The translations under genes were made by a program, and so were the position numbers. Below, one piece after another: positions 1-8,949 of a stretch of DNA of 64,000 nucleotides (position 1 is its first letter; each line of letters starts with the position of its first letter). This DNA is from Methanobacteriota archaeon (GTDB lineage: Archaea > Thermoplasmatota > Thermoplasmata > SG8-5 > JAGLSY01): contig JAEHCO010000003.1 of assembly GCA_020697715.1 (NCBI GenBank), forward strand, positions 128,001 through 192,000, given 5' to 3'. A model generated the notes under the pieces. It saw nothing but the letters and a program-made list of their open reading frames with translations, had not been told where the DNA came from and did no database searches.

Positions 1-678
1 CTGGATCACTTCACCGATATGGTGAACCCGCTCATCCCGCACGCGGACACCTTGATGCTAACACGTGGAGCATTAAGGAACTGGGTAGACCCAAACACAG
101 ATGTGCCAATAGTCCTCAGGGTCTCTGGCGGGACCAGTATTCTGAATGATGACATGCTTCATGAAGGTCAGGTATGCTCCATTGAGGACGCGATACGCCT
201 CAATGTCTCGGGTGTTGCTTGGTCCATACTGGTGGGTGCGAAATACGAGCGTGACACAGTACTTGGGTTCACCGAGGTCATTGACCAGTGCGAGGAATAC
301 GGCATCCCGATGATAGCTGTCACGGCTGTCGGGAAGGACATGGTACGAGATGCCAGATACATGGCTCTGGCCTCAAGAATGGCAGCCGAGTTGGGTGCTC
401 ATATTGTCAAGACATATTTTGTCGATGGCTTTGAAAAGGTCGTCGATTCCTGTCCAGTGCCGATAGTCATAGCAGGTGGGAAGAAACAGCCCGAGGCTGA
501 TGCACTGAAGATGGCGCATGCCGCGATAGAGGCAGGCGCAATTGGTGTGGACATGGGAAGGAACATATTCCAGAGTGAGAGCCCAGTCGCCATGATCCAG
601 GCGGTCAATGCTGTCGTGCACGATAACCATACGCCACAGGAAGCATTTGAGCTGTTCAACAAACTGAAGACCCAGTAG
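1..678 (+). CDS. lsrF: Class I aldolase/thiolase of the LsrF/DhnA family (5'-truncated by the window)
   Basis: Frame is open from base 1 (LDHFTDMVNP...). Motifs LMLTRG, LRVSGG, AELGAHIVKTY (Schiff-base Lys), IVIAGGKK and GVDMGRNIFQS. Confidence 0.8.
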   Translation: MDHFTDMVNPLIPHADTLMLTRGALRNWVDPNTDVPIVLRVSGGTSILNDDMLHEGQVCSIEDAIRLNVSGVAWSILVGAKYERDTVLGFTEVIDQCEEYGIPMIAVTAVGKDMVRDARYMALASRMAAELGAHIVKTYFVDGFEKVVDSCPVPIVIAGGKKQPEADALKMAHAAIEAGAIGVDMGRNIFQSESPVAMIQAVNAVVHDNHTPQEAFELFNKLKTQ

Positions 679-715
679 AGCAGATTCCCAACATTTGCAT
701 GCGTAATTCTGCGAA

Positions 716-868
716 CATGCCCCGTCCCGAGAGACGCAGGGTCGGGGTACTGCATTCTTTATCTCAGTGAGTGACAGCGATGTGTATGCAAAGAAATTAC
801 CCACTCGCCTTAAAAGCGAGTGGTCAAATCAAACCCCGCCTCGATCAAAGCAGGGGCGGAGTCTTTAT
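716..868. repeat. Structured intergenic element, family A, copy 1
   Basis: CATGCCCCG...CGGGGTAC stem, TATCTCAGTGAGTGACAG (identical at 40640-40657), hairpin CCACTCGC/GCGAGTGG and terminal AAACCCCGCC...GGGGCGGAG stem. Confidence 0.75.
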
Positions 869-897
869 CCACACCCAGCTTGACAAACCTATCCTAT

Positions 898-1512
898 CTA
901 CACCCAAAACGCCATCATGAAATAGATGCCGAACACCACGAGGACCGCTCCGCAAACTCCGAATATGATGGCATGGCTTTTGTCTGTCCAGAGATCCTTG
1001 CTCCTGTGCACGGAATAGGATAAGAACCAATCCCACAGCACGTCGCATGTTTCATGAACTATCACGAAGGCGACTATCCCTATCCAGCCGAATTCCAATG
1101 CTCCGATTATCAGGGTGGCTCCAATTGTCGCCCACCATAGAATGAAATACGGGTTGCCAACAGTCGTGATTATCCCGGCCAGGATGGGATGGCCGGGGAA
1201 TGCTTTCTCCACCACTTCTTTTTCCTCGCGCATCCTGATCATCTGGATGCCCATGTACAGTAGAAGTGCTCCTCCGCCAACTCCGATAATCCCCTGAACC
1301 CAGTTATCTGTTAGAACATAATAAAACCCCATCGCTATCAGGGCGATGAGTGGGATCTCGATCATCAGATGACCAAGGGCGATCCACAATCCCGCGTGCT
1401 TATTTTCCGAGCCCTTGGCTATTGCGGCGACCATGACTGGCCCTGGCATCATCACGCCGGATAGCGAGATAATGCCCACAGCTCCCAGAAATGCCCAGAA
1501 TTCCCAATTCAT
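898..1512 (-). CDS. LysE family translocator
   Basis: Motifs SGVMMPGP, G(L)GH..IE and GNPYFILWW; about 6 hydrophobic helices. Confidence 0.85.
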   Translation of the reverse strand: MNWEFWAFLGAVGIISLSGVMMPGPVMVAAIAKGSENKHAGLWIALGHLMIEIPLIALIAMGFYYVLTDNWVQGIIGVGGGALLLYMGIQMIRMREEKEVVEKAFPGHPILAGIITTVGNPYFILWWATIGATLIIGALEFGWIGIVAFVIVHETCDVLWDWFLSYSVHRSKDLWTDKSHAIIFGVCGAVLVVFGIYFMMAFWV

Positions 1513-1608
1513 TGTTGAGGAATTGAATTTTGATATTAAGGTTTATGGCCTGAGGTGTTCCAAAATATTAATTATCCTGCTACCTATCATCTTGCGAGGG
1601 AAATTGAA

Positions 1609-1773
1609 ATGCAGAAGATGAAATGTACGATATGTGGCTGGATATATGATCCTGTTGCTGGAGTTCCAAATGCGGATGTAGCACCAGGCACGTCCTGGGA
1701 AGATGTGGATGCGGAATTCCGATGCCCCGAATGCGGGGCAGTGAAGAAATGGTTCCAGCCTGTGGACGAGTGA
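1609..1773 (+). CDS. Rubredoxin
   Basis: CTICGWIYDP...CPECG; ATG at 1609 follows GAGGG and gives 54 aa. Confidence 0.92.
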   Translation: MQKMKCTICGWIYDPVAGVPNADVAPGTSWEDVDAEFRCPECGAVKKWFQPVDE

Positions 1774-1777
1774 ATAT

Positions 1778-2182
1778 ATGGAATACAAGAATCCCGCACT
1801 GACCGTCGATGGAATAATCATCATCGACGGCAAGCTCCTTCTTATCAAGCGTGGCAGAGAGCCCTTCAAGGGTCAATATGCTTTACCGGGCGGTTTTGTA
1901 GAAGTTGGTGAACGTGTGGAGGAAGCCGTTGAGCGCGAGGCCAAGGAAGAGACTGGTCTCGATACCGAAGTGCGTGATCTGATAGGCGTGTATTCCGCCC
2001 CTGATCGAGATCCTCGAGGTCACACTGTTTCAGTTGTGTTTTCCCTGGATATAATTGGTGGTCGGATGAAGGCCGGTGACGATGCCTGTGATATCAAATT
2101 GTTCGATCTGGATGCATTGCCAGAGCTGGCTTTTGACCATTCTAAAATAGTAGAAGATTATCTTGCCGATAGTTTAGGGTGA
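1778..2182 (+). CDS. NUDIX hydrolase (ADP-ribose pyrophosphatase-like)
   Basis: Nudix box GGFVEVGERVEEAVEREAKEETGL; RDPRGH and LAFDH motifs. Confidence 0.9.
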   Translation: MEYKNPALTVDGIIIIDGKLLLIKRGREPFKGQYALPGGFVEVGERVEEAVEREAKEETGLDTEVRDLIGVYSAPDRDPRGHTVSVVFSLDIIGGRMKAGDDACDIKLFDLDALPELAFDHSKIVEDYLADSLG

Positions 2183-2222
2183 TGTTGCAGTATCCGCTAT
2201 TGAAAATGGATGCCTGGCTAAT

Positions 2223-2441
2223 TCATTCCCTTCTCGTGCTCACGGTATAGATGGCCTTCGTGCCCTTGAGCATGGAATGAAGTTTCTGCAGGATCTCTCC
2301 GTATTCTTCGGGAGTTGCGAAATCCATTACAAAATCATAGTCGCCCACATAAGGTGCGAAGCCCATTTCCTCAGCTATCTTGATTATGTCGAGAACTGAA
2401 GACCCGTCCGAGTTGATGAATATCTTTAGATAAACTTTCAT
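2223..2441 (-). CDS. Small hypothetical protein (72 aa)
   Basis: ATG-started ORF with globular composition and an AT-rich TATA-like upstream region; no motif recognised. Confidence 0.6.
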   Translation of the reverse strand: MKVYLKIFINSDGSSVLDIIKIAEEMGFAPYVGDYDFVMDFATPEEYGEILQKLHSMLKGTKAIYTVSTRRE

Positions 2442-2585
2442 TAAAGACCAGTATACCAGTGCGGGATAAATATGTTACTGCCATTATAGCCAATTCATCA
2501 ATATCAAAATGCATATTATGATATTATCATCAATATTGTGCATCAAAAAGCAAAGCCAGTTACCAAGGATCCATAACAGATCTTA

Positions 2586-3218
2586 TCAACCGGCGGCGTC
2601 CCCTTGCTTGTCCTCATCGGGTGTTTCTAATTCTGTATCATCCGATAGTAGCCATGGTAATCCGTATTCATGGGCATAGATGTACATGGTTCCGAACAGA
2701 GGCACGAAAATAAGAGTGCTGAGAATGTGGATGATGGTGAAAGGCACCTGCGCCATGAGCACGACCTCGATATTCATGTCTGGGACTATCATCTTGTAAC
2801 CGATAATGGTCCAGAGGTCGTACAATATCGTTAGTACGACCGCCACTCCCGTGAAGACTGCCACCCCCTTCATCCTGTAAAGGAAAGTGGGCTTCATTCG
2901 TGTTCCCATATAGCCTACGAATATCATGCCAGTCCATGTGAAGAGCGATATGCCGACCAGTTGCTGCCATGAGAATGTCATTCCATAATGCATGGCATTG
3001 ATGGCCCAGTCAGATAATGCCATGATCGCAAGGGGTACTATGAAGGCCCACAGTCCACCCAGAACAAGACCAGCTATCATGGATATGGCAAGAACTGGCT
3101 CGATATTCGCGTACTTTGCCATGATGATCCTGAGAAGTATTCCTGAGATTATGAACAGCAGTGCCTGTTGCACCTTTCTCGGGCTCGTATCCAGCTTGAA
3201 CACTTTCTTCAGTTTCAT
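2586..3218 (-). CDS. ECF-type transporter S component, possibly for a corrinoid or other vitamin
   Basis: About 6 TM helices, a NIEPV motif and LYD.WT; directly downstream of a DUF4430-like gene. Confidence 0.6.
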   Translation of the reverse strand: MKLKKVFKLDTSPRKVQQALLFIISGILLRIIMAKYANIEPVLAISMIAGLVLGGLWAFIVPLAIMALSDWAINAMHYGMTFSWQQLVGISLFTWTGMIFVGYMGTRMKPTFLYRMKGVAVFTGVAVVLTILYDLWTIIGYKMIVPDMNIEVVLMAQVPFTIIHILSTLIFVPLFGTMYIYAHEYGLPWLLSDDTELETPDEDKQGDAAG

Positions 3219-3228
3219 TTTATCTCCA

Positions 3229-4047
3229 TCATCCTGTCCAGGTTTCGAATACCCATTCTACTGAATCCCCATCCTGAAGAACATACTGGCCCGCGCCTAC
3301 AGGTCCGTATTCTCCATCGATATACCATATCCAGTAATAGGCCGAGGTGTCATCGATCCCACCGACCGTGCTTCCTGGTGAGATGCCTTCGATCCCATTG
3401 ACGAACTCGCCCCATCCGAAATCCTGCATATCGAGGCTGTCATATCCAACCGCCTCTTCTAAGGCTCCAAGAGCTGTGTAATTGTCTGTTATCATCGTAT
3501 GGTTCTGATAGGTTCCATTGCCGAAGTTGATTATCACTTCGACAGAGATGCCAGTTTGTTCAAAAACACCACTCGGACCGTCAGCAACTATGAAATTAAC
3601 ATCTATCTCCTGGCCATCATGCACTATGGCGATATCATCCTTCGCGACAAAGGACTCGTTGGTCACTGGAGCCTGAAATCCATCGAAGGAATAGGACCAC
3701 CACATGCTGGCCGTATCCCCTATTCCCTGTACCGTGACATTGTTAGCCACATTGTTAATTGACTCAAGATATGCGACGCCTTCCATGCTGCGTCCCATCT
3801 CGAACATGTCATCTCCGATACTGGCCGCCAGCACTCCAGGAAGCGTGTTATTGGTCGTGGTCACATTGTGCCATTCCACATCCCCATTCCCATAATCGAT
3901 GATCAAAGTCACTGAGATCTCATCGGGATTGATCTCCACTTTATTCATTTCCTGCATGAGAATTATTCCACCGATAGCGGCTCCTATCACCAATGCGACT
4001 ATGACCATGGGCATCCAGCCCAATTCCGCCTTCTCTTCTTCTGCCAA
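3229..4047 (-). CDS. Membrane-anchored protein with two DUF4430/transcobalamin-like beta domains
   Basis: N-terminal TM helix, then two repeats of I(D/N)(Y/F)GNG...(Y/F)..SI..V / GI.GI...WW.Y / YWIWY. Start taken as TTG 4047 after GGAG; ATG 4062 is an alternative. Confidence 0.65.
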   Translation of the reverse strand: MAEEEKAELGWMPMVIVALVIGAAIGGIILMQEMNKVEINPDEISVTLIIDYGNGDVEWHNVTTTNNTLPGVLAASIGDDMFEMGRSMEGVAYLESINNVANNVTVQGIGDTASMWWSYSFDGFQAPVTNESFVAKDDIAIVHDGQEIDVNFIVADGPSGVFEQTGISVEVIINFGNGTYQNHTMITDNYTALGALEEAVGYDSLDMQDFGWGEFVNGIEGISPGSTVGGIDDTSAYYWIWYIDGEYGPVGAGQYVLQDGDSVEWVFETWTG

Positions 4048-4111
4048 TCTGAATCTCTCCATTTCATTCCGAGCTTTTGAATACAATCACTTCGTTCTCG
4101 TATTCAATCAC
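4045..4111 (-). promoter_or_regulatory. Junction cassette (family B), leader-type copy
   Basis: Minus strand TGAATACGAGAACGAAGTGATTGTATTCAAAAGCTCGGAATGAAATGGAGAGATTCAGATTG aligns along its length with 14378-14439. Mini-ORF from GTG 4111 to TGA 4064. Confidence 0.7.
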
Positions 4112-4212
4112 CTTTCCACCTCTTTTCGAGGGGTGGACAATATATCCACCCTAAAGCCCATTGGCTATTAAAGGTTTTTGATTTTATTTGTTAAAACTAT
4201 GTGCTTTTCCGA

Positions 4213-4824
4213 TCATGCAGTAGTGGATGATATCAAGAGGCCGGAAGCAGCTGCAAAGGCTCCATCTTCTGCCTTTGCCTCACTGTTGCCAGTTCCGATG
4301 ATGACAATGTCCCCATCCTTGAGATCGAAAGTTTCTCTTATCTTATTCGCGACCTGCGGCATCTGATCATCTATATTGAAATGATCTGGAAGTTCAAGAC
4401 CATCATTGACGAATAGGATGGTCGTCGCACCACTGGAGCCCGCCTTTATGGCTTCATCTCTCTCCATTATGCCATCCTTTACAGAACTTGCAATTTGTGA
4501 TAATCTAATTGCGAAATCATATTCGTCCACAGTGAGTCCGAATACCTCTATAATAGAGGCCTGAAAGCCAATATCATTCAGATATCTCGAACCTCGATTT
4601 GCCAATTTGAGCCCATCTTCCTTTCTCTGTATGAAGCCATGTTCTTCAAGATGGGATATAAGTCCGCGGGAGCTTCCCTCGCCCAGTTCCAGCCTGGAAG
4701 CCAGGCCCTTGCGGCCTATGGGTCCATATTCTCGAATGATATGTAATGATTTAAAAACATGTAAAGGTCCGAAAAGGGGGGCTGCCCCCCTTTTCGGCAT
4801 CTCTATCTCGAATATTCCAGACAT
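4213..4824 (-). CDS. Winged-helix protein (DUF4443/DUF2111-like)
   Basis: GPIGRKGLASRLELGEGSSR helix-turn-helix and the RDEAIKAGSSGATTI motif; ATG 4824 lies just after the mat stop. Confidence 0.7.
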   Translation of the reverse strand: MSGIFEIEMPKRGAAPLFGPLHVFKSLHIIREYGPIGRKGLASRLELGEGSSRGLISHLEEHGFIQRKEDGLKLANRGSRYLNDIGFQASIIEVFGLTVDEYDFAIRLSQIASSVKDGIMERDEAIKAGSSGATTILFVNDGLELPDHFNIDDQMPQVANKIRETFDLKDGDIVIIGTGNSEAKAEDGAFAAASGLLISSTTA

Positions 4825-4828
4825 CGGA

Positions 4829-6031
4829 TCAGAAGGTTCCGATCTTGCCCTTGACAACGAGGTTGGTGATCTTGCTGGTATCCTGTAACCAGCCGTCAAC
4901 GACTCCTTCGATGTCTGACTTGACATCCTTCATCTTGACACTGTCTGCAAGTTTCACCTTCACACTGGCTGCCTGTGGATTGTTAATTGGCATTCCGATC
5001 TGTGATAGAAGGCGGACATGACATTCCAGTATGTCCCCGCCACCGACCTTTGCAACATCCTGGGCGATCTGATTTGATAATAGATTGTAGATCTTTCCAA
5101 CATGTGTCACCGGGTTCTTTCCAGATGTGGCTTCCATGCTCATCGGTCTGTATGGGGTGATCAATCCATTTGCTCTGTTTCCCCTGCCTACTGAACCATC
5201 GTCGCCGTTCTCCATTGATAAACCTGTTACGGTCAGGTAGTAGATACCTTTCTTGTAATCATCAGCTGTATTGACATCCACATTGATCTCACGCTCGGTG
5301 AATCTCTCTGCCTGTTTGTGAACTTTATCTTTGAGCTCCTGAACAACGCTCTTGTAGTGGTCACTATCCGGGATCTCTTTCCCGACCATGGCTGCTGCCA
5401 CTGTGATATTTATCTTGTTTCCGATCCTGGCTGCCATTACCTTGACATCCTCTCCAACTTCTGGCATGGACTTCTTCAGTCTACCATTGATGTATTGTTC
5501 AGCATCCAAGACGATCGTCTCGGTCTCGCTGAAGGGCGCGTGGCCAACACCGAATGAAGTATCATTGGATAGGAAATCCTTTGGTTTATTATCATAGACA
5601 CCCATGAGATCGACCGATCCCTTGCTTATCATGCAGTCCAGCATGACATCTGCATCGACATCCAGGTGTGAGCAGTGCTTCTTCAGATACTTACGGGCGG
5701 CCTTAATGGCAACCGATCTGTATGGAAGTCTCTCACCGTCCACTTCGGTAGTAGCACGGCCGACAAGAAGAATGTAAACCGGCTCAAGAACAACTCCGCC
5801 TCCAAACTTAGGAGCTGACTGTCCACCCACGATCTGAGTTTCGTCAGTATTATGATGAAAGATATGATCATATTTTTCAAGGTACATGTTACAAAGGGAT
5901 CTTGACACGGACTCAGCCAGTCCATCGGCTATGCTGTCCGGATGTCCAATTCCCTTTCTCTCTACGATCTCAATTTCCTGCTTCTCGATGTACGTCTGTG
6001 CCAAAGGCTCGACAAAGATATTTCTTTTCAT
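4829..6031 (-). CDS. mat: Archaeal-type S-adenosylmethionine synthetase
   Basis: [42 protein letters not shown] and [13 protein letters not shown]. Start at ATG 6031 or 6040. Confidence 0.95.
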   Translation of the reverse strand: MKRNIFVEPLAQTYIEKQEIEIVERKGIGHPDSIADGLAESVSRSLCNMYLEKYDHIFHHNTDETQIVGGQSAPKFGGGVVLEPVYILLVGRATTEVDGERLPYRSVAIKAARKYLKKHCSHLDVDADVMLDCMISKGSVDLMGVYDNKPKDFLSNDTSFGVGHAPFSETETIVLDAEQYINGRLKKSMPEVGEDVKVMAARIGNKINITVAAAMVGKEIPDSDHYKSVVQELKDKVHKQAERFTEREINVDVNTADDYKKGIYYLTVTGLSMENGDDGSVGRGNRANGLITPYRPMSMEATSGKNPVTHVGKIYNLLSNQIAQDVAKVGGGDILECHVRLLSQIGMPINNPQAASVKVKLADSVKMKDVKSDIEGVVDGWLQDTSKITNLVVKGKIGTF

Positions 6032-6165
6032 ATCAAACATTCCTGAGTTATGATTGAATTATCACCAAGCATGGCTTGGGTTGAATTCAATAGGGCTCAT
6101 ATCCCAAGCTTTTGCATTGGGGAGCCCTTATTAGTCAGCCTGCAAATACGAGAGTTGATAAAACC
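6028..6165 (-). promoter_or_regulatory. mat promoter (BRE/TATA at about 6155-6172) and structured 5' leader
   Basis: Minus strand CCGAAAGGG-TTTTATCA, then hairpins AGGGCTC/GAGCCCT and ATTGAATT/AATTCAAT. Confidence 0.55.
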
Positions 6166-6264
6166 CTTTCGGTTGAATTTGCTTTTTCCATGCCTAAATA
6201 TGCATTATCGCACTCATCTTTGACAATATCTCTAATATCACTATCTGGATAGCTCTTAGGGGAC

Positions 6265-7179
6265 TCATATTCTAGATACGATATCAACCACAACACTGAT
6301 ATCATTCAGTGTGAATAAATGAACGCCAGGTGCTCCCATTTCCTTCAGTTTCTGGCACAGCTCGACAGAAAAGTCAATACATACTTTTCTGGCTTCCTCT
6401 GGCCCGAGTCCTTTCAATGACTCTTTCAAACTATTTGGTACATTGGCCTTGAACACTTCTTCCGCAACCTTCACATGCTCGGCCTTGGTGACTGGCCTGA
6501 TCCCTGGGATCACTGGAATATCGATGCCTCTCTCTTTCAATTTCTTTACATAATCCGAATAAGCATCTGCATCGAATATCATCTGGGTGATGGCGAAATC
6601 CGCTCCTTTCTTCACCTTCTGTTCCATGACCATGAGCTCCTTGTCCATGTCATCAGCTTCTGGATAGGCCGCTATTCCGATACAGAAATCAGTCTCCATA
6701 CCGTTCCTTGGCTGGCTGGTATCTTTGAGATGAATATATCTACCTTTGTTCATATCATCTACCTGGCCCACGAGCTCGGATGCATATTGATTGTGTTGCT
6801 CAGGATCTAGAGGACACTCGGGCTCGCCCTTTATCGGATCACCCAGCACAGCCAGTATATTCCTTATTCCGAAATAAGTATGGTCCACAAGCATATTTTC
6901 CACATCACGCTTGTTCATGTCCCGGCATCGAAAATGTACCAGGGAGTTCATCCCATACCTCTCGGATATCATGTAGCCAATGGGAATTGTTCCACCGCGC
7001 ATGCTCCCCATCGCTCCCTTGGTTATACTGATAAAATCAAGGTCCAGCTTGCTCAATTCTTCTATCTTCTTGAGGATGATCTCCGGGCTCTTCCCATTTC
7101 GAGGAGGGAAGACCTCCACGCTGATGGTGAAATTCTTTTTGGCAAGTATATTGGTTATCTTTTCAGGCTGGAACATCAT
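6265..7179 (-). CDS. metF: 5,10-methylenetetrahydrofolate reductase
   Basis: SVEVFPPR, GIRNILAVLGDP, AAYPE, GADFAITQMIFD and GVHLFTLN. Confidence 0.9.
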   Translation of the reverse strand: MMFQPEKITNILAKKNFTISVEVFPPRNGKSPEIILKKIEELSKLDLDFISITKGAMGSMRGGTIPIGYMISERYGMNSLVHFRCRDMNKRDVENMLVDHTYFGIRNILAVLGDPIKGEPECPLDPEQHNQYASELVGQVDDMNKGRYIHLKDTSQPRNGMETDFCIGIAAYPEADDMDKELMVMEQKVKKGADFAITQMIFDADAYSDYVKKLKERGIDIPVIPGIRPVTKAEHVKVAEEVFKANVPNSLKESLKGLGPEEARKVCIDFSVELCQKLKEMGAPGVHLFTLNDISVVVDIVSRI

Positions 7180-7239
7180 AAGCTGGAATACTGCCTTTGA
7201 TTAAAAATCTTTGTTTATCCCAATACATATCTCGGATCA

Positions 7240-7707
7240 TCAAAATATTTTGGCCAGGTTACCATTTTGTCCCGTGTAGCCTAGCTTCGCATACAAGGCT
7301 TTGGCCGGTTCATTGTGATCGAAAACATGGAGGGCGATGATGCCGATGCCCATGTCCTTCGCCTTATCTTCCATTGCCTTGAAAGTGCTCTCTCCATAGC
7401 CTTTCCGTCGGTGTTCTTCAAATATCTGGATATCGATTATGAAGATCAATTCCTGATCCTGGCCTTCAGCCTTCGCGAACCACAGACCGCCCACTTGAGT
7501 ATCTTCGCCTTCCACAATATTGAAGAAATAATGGTCTTGTGTATCGAGACCATTGTTCAGCACCTTGCTCTTCATCTCTTTCATATTATCCAGGGCATTG
7601 GACTCGGTCCATTCACCAGCCTTTATCTGGGACCGCATATGGTCTTTCATGGAAATTTCCATGAATGCCTCATACTGGTCGGTGTTCATTGATTCTAATT
7701 TTATCAT
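7240..7707 (-). CDS. GNAT family N-acetyltransferase
   Basis: Acetyl-CoA motif EHRRKGYG and LHVFDHN.PA.ALY.KLGY. Confidence 0.88.
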   Translation of the reverse strand: MIKLESMNTDQYEAFMEISMKDHMRSQIKAGEWTESNALDNMKEMKSKVLNNGLDTQDHYFFNIVEGEDTQVGGLWFAKAEGQDQELIFIIDIQIFEEHRRKGYGESTFKAMEDKAKDMGIGIIALHVFDHNEPAKALYAKLGYTGQNGNLAKIF

Positions 7708-7823
7708 CGATATTCACTGTATGGGAAATATAGTGTGGCCTTATATTTGTTGTGTGATATTATGACCATCAATTCAAAAATATCTTATATCCATCTTCCA
7801 ATCCGGTTACGAGTGTGATATCG

Positions 7824-8924
7824 ATGTCAGAAGTTTATTTTGCCAAAGTGGGCGCCAGCAAGCACAATGAAAGACTCCCGAATAAAGTTCGCCAGCTATT
7901 TGACAAAGCTGGTTTTAATGATCTGATAACGGAGAAGGACATGGTCGCTCTCAAGCTTCATTTTGGAGAGCCTGGGAATACGACTTTTCTCAGACCGCAA
8001 TTCACTCGCCAGATAGTGGATAAAGTGAAAGAATATGGTGGCAAGCCTTTCTTGACTGACGCCAACACACTCTACACTGGCCAGAGGTCGAATGCGGTGG
8101 ATCATCTCAATGCCGCTGCCCTTCATGGATTCCTGCCAGCGGTTGTCGACGCCCCCATCATCATCGCGGATGGACTTACTGGCCGCGATTTCGTCGAGGT
8201 GGATGTGGATCTGAAACATCTGAAAACGGTCAAGTTCGGAGCAGCTGCCTATCACGCTGACGTTATAGGAGCGATATCTCATTTCAAATGTCACGTTGTC
8301 GGTGGTATCGGTGGCGCGATAAAGAATCTGGGCATGGGCTTAGGAAGCCGAGCTGGCAAACAGCAGATGCACTCGGATACCAAGCCAATTGTCGAAGGAG
8401 AGAAGTGCATAGGTTGCGGTACATGTGCGAAATGGTGCCCGGAGGATGCGATAGACATTCCGGACAAAGCGATCATCAACCAGGATAAGTGCATCGGATG
8501 TGGAGAATGTCTCATCCAATGTCCGACCAAGGCCATTAATGTGAGATGGGATGCCAGCAGCAAGAACATGCAGGAGAAAATGGTCGAGTACACCTATGGA
8601 GTGATGAAGAATAAAAAAGACAAGACATTCTTTTACAATTTCCTGCTGGACATAACACCGGATTGCGACTGCGTGCCCTGGAGTGGGAAGCAGATAGTGC
8701 CAGATATTGGAATAATGGCTTCAACCGATCCGATAGCCATTGACCAGGCGTCTGCGGATCTGGTAAATCAACAGACGGCCAATCCAGGCTCGAAGATAAA
8801 GACCAATGTGAACCCGGGTGATGACAAGATACATGAGGTTCATAATATCGACTGGGATCTGCAACTGAAATACGGTGAGGAAATTGGTCTGGGTAGTCGG
8901 CAATATAAGATAATCGAGATCTAA
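7824..8924 (+). CDS. DUF362 domain protein with a 2x[4Fe-4S] ferredoxin domain
   Basis: KLHFGEPGN, SHFKCH, GGAIKNLGMG, two CxxCxxCxxxCP motifs, PDCDC and DPIAIDQAS. Confidence 0.88.
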   Translation: MSEVYFAKVGASKHNERLPNKVRQLFDKAGFNDLITEKDMVALKLHFGEPGNTTFLRPQFTRQIVDKVKEYGGKPFLTDANTLYTGQRSNAVDHLNAAALHGFLPAVVDAPIIIADGLTGRDFVEVDVDLKHLKTVKFGAAAYHADVIGAISHFKCHVVGGIGGAIKNLGMGLGSRAGKQQMHSDTKPIVEGEKCIGCGTCAKWCPEDAIDIPDKAIINQDKCIGCGECLIQCPTKAINVRWDASSKNMQEKMVEYTYGVMKNKKDKTFFYNFLLDITPDCDCVPWSGKQIVPDIGIMASTDPIAIDQASADLVNQQTANPGSKIKTNVNPGDDKIHEVHNIDWDLQLKYGEEIGLGSRQYKIIEI

Positions 8925-8949
8925 TTAGATTGAATATAGTAAGATAAAT

